Shown here: piece after piece, positions 11,895-23,100 of the stretch
How positions within the stretch are numbered: the stretch's first letter is position 1
Layout: the number at the start of each line of letters is the position of its first letter
Assembly (NCBI RefSeq): GCF_004010195.1
Contig: NC_057728.1
Coordinates: forward strand, 50,401,907 to 50,465,906
Reading direction: 5' to 3'
From: Chiloscyllium plagiosum
Lineage: Eukaryota
DNA length: 64,000 nucleotides
Notes under the pieces: model-generated
What the model was told of the DNA's origin: nothing
What the model saw: only the letters and a program-made list of their open reading frames with translations
Databases searched by the model: none
Translations under genes and position numbers: made by a program

Positions 11895-13615
11895 GACTGG
11901 GGAGCTGATTGAATCCTTTGGATCAGGTTGTGGAAGGGTGGGCAGTGGTTCGAAGCCATGATTTACCTGTGAATGGAGAAATTGGAGAGAAGATGTTAGC
12001 TGCTGAAAGTGTCTTTGCATTTCCTCTCTCATTCCTTCCTTACGAAGGTGGATATCAATATGAAGACAGTCACACATGTAACTACACTAAATTGTGCTGG
12101 CTGTTTCAACCTTTGAATTCTTGAAGTCTGTTACTTTGTTCACTATTTATGACATTATCAAGTTTTATACAATCCATAAATTTCTAAATTGTACTGCCTA
12201 AACAATTCAGTCATTTTTAAACAATCAGTGGTCCTAAAATCAAAATCTAGGGTAACTCATTCAGGTTATTCAAAAATTATTTTCCTTTAACAAATTGATA
12301 TTTGGCTAATGTCAAACCTATTGCAAAAAATATTTCCAAAATCTAGAACAGCAAGTAAACAACAACAATTTTTCCTGAGCTTTAGCAATTGAAGAGGCAG
12401 TTTCCGTTCAGTTTAAATTTCAAATATTCGTGGGAAACAAATGCTGAGTATTTTAAAATATGTTTTCCAAATTAAACTTCCCAAATAAAGTAATCAGAAT
12501 TACAGTAGCAACTTTGGTAGAGATCAACATTCTTTGAATTTGCAATATGAAGGGGGCCATTGAAGTCTTAAATCAACAGAATTTAAGCAGCCCACCCTCA
12601 AGTTCTAATGTTTTGTTAAGGTTTGAGAGAACATCAAACTCAAAATGCATTCTTTTTGTGAACATTCTGCATTAAAAACATAGCAACAAAGATATTATAA
12701 TACAATACTCTCGTCTGGTTAAAGCATGACCACTGACCCAACTATTCCTTTTTAAACAGGCGTTGCAGAATTTCAAGCACATCAGGGGCTCAAGGCACTC
12801 AGTTTGTTTTAAGGTTACAAGTTTGATCATTTTAAGGAGGACATAATGTACAATTTCAATGTAAAAACAAAACCTGCCCACTACACAGCCCACAAAGCAC
12901 GTTGAATTGAGATCCTGATTCAAACAAGGTAAAACAGTTACTTAAAAGGATTTTCCAAACCAGTATTTTAACAAACCAAAACTTTTAAGCATCAAACACA
13001 CTCAGCATGGCACAATCTACATTGGGTTGAAAAAGGAAAGTTTCAATTATTAGTACAACCTTAATTTCAGCCTTTTTTTTGTTTTGCATCCTCTCATTGG
13101 AATTACACTTATAAAAAGAGAGAGTCCTCGCAGTGGATCATGTGGCGCCATAATCCAAGCCCCACACTTTCCCCCAGAACAAAGATTCAGAACCTCAAAT
13201 TTTGCTACGAGGGGACTTTAGCCCCTTTCTCATTTTACTCCTCATGGAGCCTCGAACCCCACTTAAAGGCAGAGGACTTGAACCTCAAATCAACCCAGCC
13301 AGTGGACTTGAACCCCAATAACGTGCAGAGGACTCGAACCTGGATCACATTCCATCCCCACCCCTCCCCAATGCACTGCAGAGGACTAGGAACTCTGCCT
13401 GCCAGTGCGTTTGCAAAATTGTGTCTCTTGACTGAACTAATTACTGTTTGAGGAATCCGTAGAATAAAGAGCGATTGAACGAGGGGACCGTCTCCGGTAA
13501 ACAGGAATATTGAGAGGCACTAAGGTTTAAAATCTTAGTTTGTGGGCCCCTCCATCTTGTGACAGCGATGTTCCGGGTGGCAGCTGACACCGTCCGATCG
13601 TAACTATCCACTTGG

Positions 13616-13633
13616 ATCCTGCCGACTAGATCA
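13616..13633 (-). promoter_or_regulatory. Primer-binding site, tRNA-Ser
   Basis: Minus-strand TGATCTAGTCGGCAGGAT matches 15/18 positions of TGGCGTAGTCGGCAGGAT, the complement of the 3' end of vertebrate tRNA-Ser (..ATCCTGCCGACTACGCCA). It lies directly after the 5' LTR. Confidence 0.85.
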
Positions 13634-13634
13634 A

Positions 13635-14175
13635 TATTGTCATCCCGTTTGCCCCCTTCAGTCGAAGTAAAACGCTCAGACTCAGTATAGCTTTATCTCC
13701 TTCATCTTTATTCCGGGCCCTGGCGGGAGAGAGAACGATCACCCATGTGCACAGTGACATGTGTTCACCGTCTTCTCTGGAGTAGCGGCTTCTTAATGAA
13801 TTATATAGTCATTTTACAGGGAGGAGCATCCAGATAAGGCAACATACATACTAATTGTGTGACTGTTAACAATCAACGAGTATCAATAGCAGTGACCAAG
13901 CCCATTACTGTTATACAATGAACGTTCATAACCTTGTTAACTGGATTCATACAATGGATACTTTTCCCCTTGTTAAACTGATCTCACATACTAAATGCTT
14001 CCAATATTGTTAACTGGCTCTACATAATGACTGCTTTTCCGCCTTGTTAACCCATTACCCTTGTCTCCAGCACCCCATTGTTAACTGTAGGTTATTATCT
14101 GATCTGAGTCATGCTCTGCTGAACCTCTTGTTGCATAAAACTCAAACTTAACACTCTCCCTGCCTGCTTATACCA
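13635..14175 (-). repeat. 5' LTR of the ERV-like element
   Basis: About 90% identical by eye to 10698-11212 over the ~300-bp core. Minus-strand TATA (TATATAA, 13801-13807) and AATAAA (13707-13712). Immediately followed on the minus strand by the PBS. Confidence 0.88.
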
Positions 14176-14429
14176 TGTTGGCTGAGTTGCTTGGAGGTTA
14201 TTGGACTCTCTACTTTAACCACTCCATGTTCCTGACAAAATCTCTCGTATTAATGTCTTCCAAGTAGCAAGTCCAGTGCCACCATTTGTTGGTCGCTTAT
14301 GTTTGAAGTGGAATCACTAGTGTGAAGTAAGGGACTTTAAAATGGTTTATCCTTCTCATCTGTTCTATCATTGACTTTTAAATGGCTCCTCTGCCTCATT
14401 GCTACATACAAGGGGTCTGTTTTTTTTTT

Positions 14430-14740
14430 AATTCATTCATAGGATGAGAGTTGTTGGCTAGGCCTGCATTTATTGCCCATATTTGTCCATAGGCTGTTAA
14501 AAGCCAACCACATTTCCCTGGGTCTGGAGACACATGTAAACCATTTAAGCATGACAGTTGCCTTCCCTAAAAGGACATTTAGTGAACCAGATGGATTTTT
14601 CCAACAATTGACAATGGATTCATGACCATCGTTAGACTCTTAATTCCAGATTTTTTTATTGATTTCAGATTTCACGATCTGCACAGTTTAAACCCAGGTT
14701 TCCAGAACACTTTTTGGGCCAAAATAATACCACTTAAGTC
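14430..14740 (-). mobile_element. tRNA-headed SINE with L2-type tail
   Basis: ttcattcat...catttattgcccat...ccttccctaaaaggacattt...gactcttaattccagattttt; same family as 29725-30254. Confidence 0.7.
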
Positions 14741-15894
14741 ATTTGAATGATGTTAAAATTAATCTTTTAGCGTGATTACCGACCTTGTCAATTTACTAAT
14801 GTTCAAGTGAAATTGCTAAATGGGCAACTTTAAAGGAGGACTTGCTCTATTAGTTTTAGTACTGCTGATAAAAATATAACTTCAAGGCTTACTTTATAGC
14901 AATTGATCTTTACTGAAGACTGCTGAGTCACACCTGCACATTAAGTTTTCAAATAGCCTGCAGCCAAGTAAAGATTGCAAAGATAATTTCTGGTGTAATG
15001 AGCACTGTAATTGTACAGCATGTTAATTCTGCCTTTCAGAATATCAGATTTGAATTTTTTGGAACTCTGTTAATCATCTGAGGGTCGCTGATTATTTTGT
15101 GACTGATACATTTTTAAATTTGATGGACGGAATTAGCAATTTGTGAAAATATTTGGCTTTAGTTTTGTCTTGTTTGCCAAGACCTGCAACACTTGAAGAA
15201 CTTGTTCAGATTGCTGAATGCTGTGAAAATCTATAAAGCACAGATTGTCAACCGATTGTCTTCGTCCCGATGCACTTGAAATTTGCATCTATTTGTGATT
15301 GTCGGTTGTTGTTGTTGTTCATAGAGATTTTCTTTGAAGTAGCTCATCTGTTCTGAGAGGCTAAGACATCTGAAGGTTGGGTGCGATGTTGTGGAGGGAT
15401 GTGCACAAAAATCAGCTGACCAGCTATGAGGTGTGAAACAACAGGAATAGATCATTTAGCCTTTTGAGCATTTTCCATGATTGTTAATTAGAGGATCTGT
15501 TGCCTCATTCCATGATGTCAGGAGTTTGCAAAGATACATCAATCTAATGAAAATTAAAAATCAATCCAGATACTACTGTTAAGAGTTTCAACCTTTCACT
15601 GTTCTTTGCATGTAGGTGTCTGGTGTAGTTTTACTCCTGAGAGATCTGCAACTAATATTGCACTATAAGCAGACTTGGATTTGAGAACAATCAGTAAAAC
15701 GAGTTCATCTATTATGTTCAAAGCGTTATTAAATAATTAAATTAAATTATCCTGTGTGGTGCCATTGCACACCAGGTTCCAGTCACATTAGCAGCCTCTA
15801 CCGTCACTAAATTTATTGAGCCATCTCCAAGAAAATACGACCCTCATTTGTATAACCCATCCTTGTATTAAATGTAGTGGTAAATTATACAGCA

Positions 15895-16086
15895 ATCCCT
15901 CTAGTTCCTTTATTGTTCCTGGGTCAAAATCCTGAATTCTCTCCCTAGCAGCATTATGGGTCTTCCTACAGCACGATGGCTGCAGCAGTTCAAGAAGGTA
16001 TTTTGCCACCATCTACTCAAGGGCAAGTAGGCTGGGCAATAAATGATGGCAAGCCAGTGACATTTATGTTCCATGAGTGAATTAAA
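15895..16086 (+). mobile_element. L2-type 3' tail fragment
   Basis: gggtcaaaatcctg...ctgcagcagttcaagaagg...gggcaataaatg...ccatgagtgaat. Confidence 0.65.
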
Positions 16087-16356
16087 AATAAATACTAAGG
16101 TGTAGTGTGCAAAATTATGAAATATGAAATCCAGCTAGGGCTTTGTATAACTGCATCATGGCTTCTAAGGTAAAGGCACTGTAGTCTGACAAGATAATTG
16201 GGCTGCCCCCTCAATAGGGATGACTGCTGGTTTAACCTGAGGATGACCACACTCCAGGTGAGGGGAGAGCTTGAGAAGGAGAGTTCTTTTTAGTAACCTG
16301 GCCAAAATGAGATTTGAACCCATGCGTTGGCATTACTCTGCATTGCAAACCAGCTG

Positions 16357-16478
16357 AAAAATGTGTTGCTGGAAAAGCGCAATAGGTCAGGCAGCATCCA
16401 AGGAGCAGGAGAATCGACGTTTCGGGCATAAGCACTTCAGCTCTGATCTCCAGCATCTGCAGTCCTCACTTTCTCCTA
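16357..16478 (+). mobile_element. Fold-back family short element
   Basis: Same arm and tail. 15-bp TSD attgcaaaccagctg at 16342-16356 and 16479-16493. Confidence 0.85.
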
Positions 16479-16624
16479 ATTGCAAACCAGCTGTCCAGCT
16501 AACTGACCCCCAACTTCTACGCCCTTTTATTCTAGAGTTTTAATACAATGACCAGTATTCTGTTCACATTTTTGATTAAAGTGCCATGAGCAACTGCAAA
16601 ATATAATATGTGCACCTACACTTC

Positions 16625-17940
16625 ATAGAATCATACAGTACAGATCAGGCCTTTCAGCCCATCAAATCTGTACTACCAAAAATATACTAGTACCTACACA
16701 ATTCCACTTTCCTGAACTTGGCCCTTGTTTGACATATCAAGTGATGATCCAAGTCCTTTAAGGATTGCGAGGATTCCCCCTCAACTACCCTCCTAGACAG
16801 TGCATTCAAGACCTCCTTACCACCTGGGTGAAATGGTTTTTTCATTGAATCCCCTCTCAACTTGCTGTCTTCCATTCTAAAAATTGTCCTCTAGTTATTG
16901 ATCCTTCAGCTGAGGGGAACAGCTGTTTTCTATTCACCCTATCCATGCCCTCATACAGTCTGTTCTGCTGTAATGTACGTTTCTTCAACGCAAATTGGCT
17001 TAATGCGTTTTAAGAATTTACACCATTATTTGTAGAATGCAAACTTTGCTTACCTGTATTGGCTGTAATGTGATTCCAGTCCTATTAGTTTAAATGGCAC
17101 GGCTATTATGTAATTTTCTTATAACACGCGATTGCACAATAGCAGAACTGTCATGTTATATCAGAACTGACTGTAATCTTACGCATCTCTATCAGGTTCA
17201 CCTTGACCTTCTCTGCTCCAAAGAAAACAGCCCATGCTTGTCCAGCCTCTCTTCATAGCTGAAATGCTCCATCCCAGGCAACATTCTGATGAATCTCCTT
17301 TGTAACATCTCCAGTGTAATCATATCTTTCCTCTAGTGTGGTGAACAGAATTGCACATAGTGCTCCAGCTGTGGCCTAACTAAAGTTTCGTAGAGCTCCA
17401 ACATGACTTTCCTATTCTTCTAATCGTGCTGCGTATTAACCTGATCTGCCACCTTTAGGGATCTGTGGACAAACAGCCAAGATTCCTCTGTTCCTCTGAG
17501 CTTCCTAGTCTTTGTATTCATTGAGTACTCTGTTGACTTGTTCCTACTTCTAAAGTGCATCACCTTTTATCAGTGTTAAGCTCAATCTGCCCATCTGTCT
17601 CTTTTGTTTTCCTGTAACCTAACACTTACCTCATCGGTGTCAAACACCATGCCAATCTTTGTGTCATCTGCAAACTAACTTATCATCTCTCCCATATGCT
17701 CATTTATAAATATCAGAAACCATGAGGGATCCAGCATTGATCCTGTGCAGTGGCTTTGCCACCAGGTTCCAGTCACATTAGCAGTCTCTACCGTCACTTT
17801 CTATCTCCTTTTACTAAGCCAATATTGGATTTATCTTGCCAAGTTACGGTGAAACTTAAGGGTTTTATCAGTTTCCCATGTGGGACTTTGAGGCCTTGCT
17901 GAACTCCTTATAAAGTTCATCAACTGTCTTACCCTCGTGT
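16625..17940 (-). mobile_element. Decayed CR1-type LINE (RT to 3' end)
   Basis: gtgtcatctgcaaac encodes FADDT on the minus strand. CR1 tail at ~16625. Confidence 0.75.
16956..17173. mobile_element. Tc1/mariner-pogo (Tigger-like) MITE
   Basis: TIRs cagtctgttctgctgtaat / gttatatcagaactgactg. TA duplication at 16954-16955 and 17174-17175. Removing it restores the host CR1 ccctcata-atctt. Confidence 0.8.
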
Positions 17941-20177
17941 TAGATCTCGCAGTGGGAGAGCACTTTGGTGACAGTGATCACAACTGCCTCACATTTAGCA
18001 CAGCAGTTACCGAGGGAAGATATTTAATTGGAGAATAGGAAATTGTGACGCTATCAGTCAGGAGTTGGAAAGTACAGACTGGGAGCAATTGTTCCACAGG
18101 GCACAGCAAACATGTGGAGACTATTTAAGGAGCAGTTGTTGCGAGTGATGTGCAAATTTGTTCCTCTGAGACAGGTAAGGGGTAAGATTAAGGAACCTTG
18201 GATGACAAGAACAGAGGATCTTCTTGTCCAAAGGAAGAAGGCAGCTTACGTAAGGTCGAGGAAGCAAGGATCTAGCACAGCTTTAGAGGATTACAGGCTT
18301 GCTAGAAAGGAGCTCAGAAATGGACTGAGGAGAGCCAGCAGGCGGCATGAAAAATGCTTGGCAAGAAGGATTCGGGAGAACTCGAAGGCATTTTACTCAT
18401 ACGTGAGGAATAAGAGAATGATCAGGGAGAAGGTAGGGCGATCAGAGATAGCGGAGGGAACTAGTGAGTGGAGTCTGAGCAGATGGGGGTAGACTTAAGT
18501 GAGTTTTTTGCTTCGGTTTTCACCAAGGAAAGGGAACTTGTTGTAAATGAAAACTTTGAGGAGCTGGGATACAGTGTTGATCAGATCAAGGTTGATGAAG
18601 TTGATGTGCTGGAAATTTTGGAAAACGTTAAGATTGATGAGTCCCCAGGGAAGCGAGAAAGGAGGTCGCTCCGGGAAGTGAGAAAGAAGGTTGCTAAGCC
18701 GCTGGCGAGGATATTTGCCTCCTCACTCTCCACGAGAGTTGTACCAGAGGATTGGAAGGAGGCGAATGTTCCATTTTTCAAGAAGGGTAATAGGGAAATC
18801 CCTGGCGTTTACAGACCAGTTAGTCTTGCGTCTGTGGTCAGCAGAGTTTTGGAAAGAATTCTGAGGGATAGGATTTATGACTATTTGACAAAGCATAGTG
18901 TGATTAAAGGCAGTCAGTATGGCTTTGTGAGGGGCAGGTCATGCCTCAAATCTTATTGAGTTCTTTGAGGGGGTGTCAAGACAGGTCGACGAAGTTCGAA
19001 CAGTAGATGTGGGGTGTATGTGGACTTCAGCAAGGCATTGGATAAAATTCCTCATGGTAGGCTCATTCATAAAGTGAGGAAATATGGGATACAGGGAGGT
19101 TTGGCTATCTGGATTCAGAATTGGCTAGCTGACAGAAGGCAGAGAGTGGTTGTAGATGGACAATATTCTGCCTGGAGATCAGTGTTAAGTGGGGTCCTGC
19201 AGGGCTGTGTTCTTGGGCCTCTGCTCTTTGTAGTTTTTATAAATGATTTGGATGAGGAGGTTGAGGGATGGGTTAGTAAATTTGCCGATGACGCAAAGGT
19301 TGGAGGTGTCATCGATAGTATAGAGGGCTGCTGCAGCGTGACATAGTCAGGATGCGGAGCTGGGCTGAGAAATGGCAGATGGAGTTCAAACTGGATAAAT
19401 GCAAAGTGATGCATTTTGGAAGGTCAAACTCGAATGCTGAATATAGGATTAAAGACAGGATTCTTGACAGTGTGGAGGAACAGAGGGATCTGGGTGTGCA
19501 AGTACATAGATCCCTCAAAGTCGCCACCTAAGTGGAAAGGGTTGTTAAGAAAGCATGTGGTGTTTTGGCTTTCTTTAACAGGGGGATAAAGTTTAAGAGC
19601 TGCGAGGTTTTGCTACAGCTCTACAAATCCCTGGTAAGACCACACTTGGAATATTGTGTCCAGTTCTGGTTGCCCTACTATAGGAAAGACACAGAGGCTT
19701 TGGAGAGAGTGCAAAGAAGGTTTGCCTGACTGCTGCCTGGACTGGAGGGCTTGCTTTATGAAGAAAGGTTGAATAAGCTTGGGCTTTTCTCTCTGGAGAG
19801 GAGGAAGAGAGGAGACCTGATCGAGGTATACAAGATAATGAGTGGAATAGATAGAGTCAATAGCCAGAGACTTTTTCCCAGGGCAGGATTGACTGGTACA
19901 AGGAGTCATAGTTTGAAGATACTAGGAGGAACGTATAAAGGAGACATCAGAGGTAGGTTCTTTATGCACAGTTGTGAATGCATGGAATGCATTGCCAGCT
20001 GTGGTAGTGGAAGCAGTGTCATTGGGGACATTTAAGTGACTGGACATGCACATAGATTGCATTAAGTCGCGGGGTGCGTCCGTTAAGTTATTATATTTTA
20101 CATTTAGGATTAAACGTCAGCACAACATCATGGGCCAAAGGGCCTTTTCTGTGCTGTACTTTTCTATGTTCTATGTT
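17941..20177 (+). mobile_element. CR1-type LINE, ~2.2 kb of ORF2 (end of endonuclease, RT, 3' end), frameshifted
   Basis: ORF pieces YRPVSLASVV, QYGFVRGRSCL, DFSKALDKIPH, QGCVLGPLLF, FADDAK and LVRPHLEYCVQFW. Tail ctatgttctatgttc. Confidence 0.95.
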
Positions 20178-23100
20178 CATCCGAACACCTAGTCATCTCC
20201 TTTCAAAGTTCCACCACTTCACCAAAATACCTCCACTGTTTCTAATCTGTTTTACCACTTTATGAAGTAACTTGTTTTGACAGTGATTTGCCTTGGATTT
20301 GCCATTGTTGAAGCTCATTTGCCATTGTTTTGTCCATTCGCCCATTTAATCTACTAAATATGTTAGTAATTTTATGCGTCTATCTATACTTTGTCTCAGC
20401 CACTTTAGTCAAGTTTCCCTATCTTGTTGACATTGTTAATGTGTATAATGAACAGTTGAAACTCCATCATAGATTCTTGCAGTGCATGCTAGTCAGATTC
20501 TATTATCTCTTAGTGACCCTGTCACTAAACCAATTTCCTAACTGGGTCAGTATTTTCTTTTAACTCCATAAGCTTCAGTGTTGACCAACTGTTTCTTATG
20601 AGAAATTTATGCCTTATAGGAATGTATGTACTCCAAAAACACATTTTGTTAGGTTAGTCAGGCAGGAAAAAAATTCTTTCAGTGGATCAGTTATCCTTAA
20701 CAGTGGATTCTAATAGTCTAGCATCAGTTGCCAAGCAATCTGGTCATAATCCCCTAGCTTCCTCTATAGTGAGATGATGTGCAATCTGAAGATTTGAGTC
20801 AGGAGAACTTTGGAAAATTATCGTTATATAAGCTGCAACCCTCCATCCTTTAAACCAAGGAATGAAAACGTCTGATCTTGGGTTTATCACTTTTACTGTC
20901 TTTATTTTTGTTGCTGTTACATTTCTTCTGTTCATATTGGTGTGTCTCTGTCACCGATTCATTGTAAGTTTCCTTGGGATGTCTAGTATGAATTCTTCCT
21001 CAACTGTAATTACTGATGAGTTATTCAATGTCCCCATTTTGTTTTGCTTTGTTGAGCATATCAGTGTTATCATTCGTGAAAGAATCCACAATGGTCTTGA
21101 GCACCCTGATAAATTTGTAAAATAAAATGTTAATTTTATATCTCTTGCGAGTTTCTTTCCATACCCCCATTTTGTAACTCTCTCCTTTTGTCAATGATTA
21201 CTCTCACTTTATTATATTTCTCCAAAGACTCGTCCTATTTTTATATTTTTATACATTTTATTTTCTGTTTTATCTTGCCTCTTATGGTTTTTGGCAAGAT
21301 GACCTCTTGCCCATAATGGGTACAAGCTGGTTCTGTATATTTTTAAACACTTTTTACTCTACACTGTAGATTTAACTGTCTACAAATTCACTCAATTTGC
21401 TGTGGAAAATCTTGTCTCATCCCATTCCGGTTATTTTTACCTAGATCAAGAATCTTAGCTGTTTTACACTTTTTCAAACAACGTTGAATTGGAGTATATT
21501 ATGGGGGTCAGATAAGTTTTTAAATTTACAAAAACAAAGTAATGTAGGTGCTAGAAATCTGAAATAAAAGCAGAAATACTTGACTAATCTGCTATCTAAG
21601 GATAGAAAGACAAAGCTAATGTTCAGGACAGTACTGATTCATCAGAACTGGGAAAAGTAAAACAATAACATGTTTAAGAAAGTGAAGTGGGGTGGAGAGT
21701 GGGGAGTGTACATTAAGTGCCAAGACTGATGAGATGAATAAAGTCAAGATGAGTCTGAAGGATGTATGAATGGCAGAATTATGCTGCCTCAAATGCAGAG
21801 CAACAGAAATGAGTGTTTTGTTTTTGTTTTTGCTTGGAAAAGGTAGCACTGTACAATTGCTAGGGAGAGGAAGCAAAACTATCTTAAAGAAAAGCAAAAA
21901 CTATGGATGCTGGACATCTGAAATAAAAATAGCCCTTGAGAAACTCCGGTTTGGCAGCACTGTGGGGAGAGAAAGAAACATGACTTCTTCAGAACGATAA
22001 TGTCATAATAAAGATACATTCCTCGTCTGACTAATTTGCATTCTTTTTAAAGTAAGGGAGAAGGCAATGCAATTGATGTATATATGGACTTTCCAAAGAC
22101 AATTGTTAGTGCCACACATTAGACCTGTTGGCACAATTTAAAGCCCATGAAATTAAATAAACAGTGACCAGGGGACAGGAAACAGTAGTACAGTTGTATT
22201 TTTGGACTGGTTGAAAATATCCCCTGGTGTCCTGCTACAATTAGAGTGCAGTTTGTTTTGTATAATAACCTGCACTTTATATAGTGCACATTTCCGAAAC
22301 TTGCAGATGAGGCAAAATATGGAAATATGATAAACAGTAAGGAGGATGGAACAGGGAAGGGTTTGGAGAAATGGGCAAACACTTGGCAAATGAATTTGAA
22401 GAGCAGGATGAAATGAAGCATTTTAATTGAATCGATTGAGCAGACATTTCAGAGATTGCCTTGCAGTGAACCACATTGTGTTTTGTCGTTGTTATCAAAT
22501 ATCAAATTCATCCATGTAAACAAATATGCAATCACTTATGAAAATACGTGGAAGATTATTCTTTCCTCCAATCACTCTTGGGTATGGATGCTTTAGGGAA
22601 CACATTTTACTTTGAAGTTTAATTGAGAATGTATGATTGAGAAAAGTATCACTTTTGGAAGAAACTGTTAAATGAATAAGATCTTTGGAAAATGTGGTTT
22701 GTTAACCAATAGATGTAAAATATCCCCAAGCAGGAAGAGCATGGATTTCTCTGCACAATCTTTCAAATTAATACACTACCACCAAAAAAATTGGTCATTT
22801 CTCCCATTTGCAGTTTGAGATATGTGCAAAATGATGTTGCATTTACCAATGTAATTCATTCACATAGAACGAATTGCTCTTGGGTGGTTTATAGTATTGA
22901 GTACAGGTGTTTTACATGTATTAACATAAATTTTCACACACATTAAAAATTTTTAAAAACAGACAAATACTTTTGAAGGCAATAAAAAGCTGGTGGTGTT
23001 AGTAATTATTTTGCTGCAGAGAATGCATTCGATGGATCTGTATGTTGTAAAGCACAGCTAGTCTGGTGTACATCTACCTATTGCTTTACTGCTGTTGCCT

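Larger units (their letters stand above)
10698..14175 (-). mobile_element. Non-autonomous ERV-like LTR element with no visible gag/pol, carrying a captured RBPMS2-like cDNA
   Basis: Direct repeats at 10698-11212 and ~13635-14175, PBS at 13616-13633, PPT at 11213-11224 and an env-TM-like ORF end at 11226-11447. Candidate 5-bp TSD TGTTG at 10693-10697 and 14176-14180. Exact termini are ambiguous. Confidence 0.85.

Noticed and set aside
11674..11961. 95-aa plus-strand ORF
   Set aside because: Antisense shadow of the RBPMS2 retrocopy.
11784..12077. Functional RBPMS2 gene or exon
   Set aside because: Intronless across several expected junctions, with two in-frame stops, a frameshift and loss of the RRM C-terminal part.
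13600..13640. tRNA-Ser gene
   Set aside because: Only the 3' 18 nt match and it lies next to an LTR, so it is a PBS. SINE heads at 5882 and 48661 are likewise tRNA-derived rather than tRNA genes.
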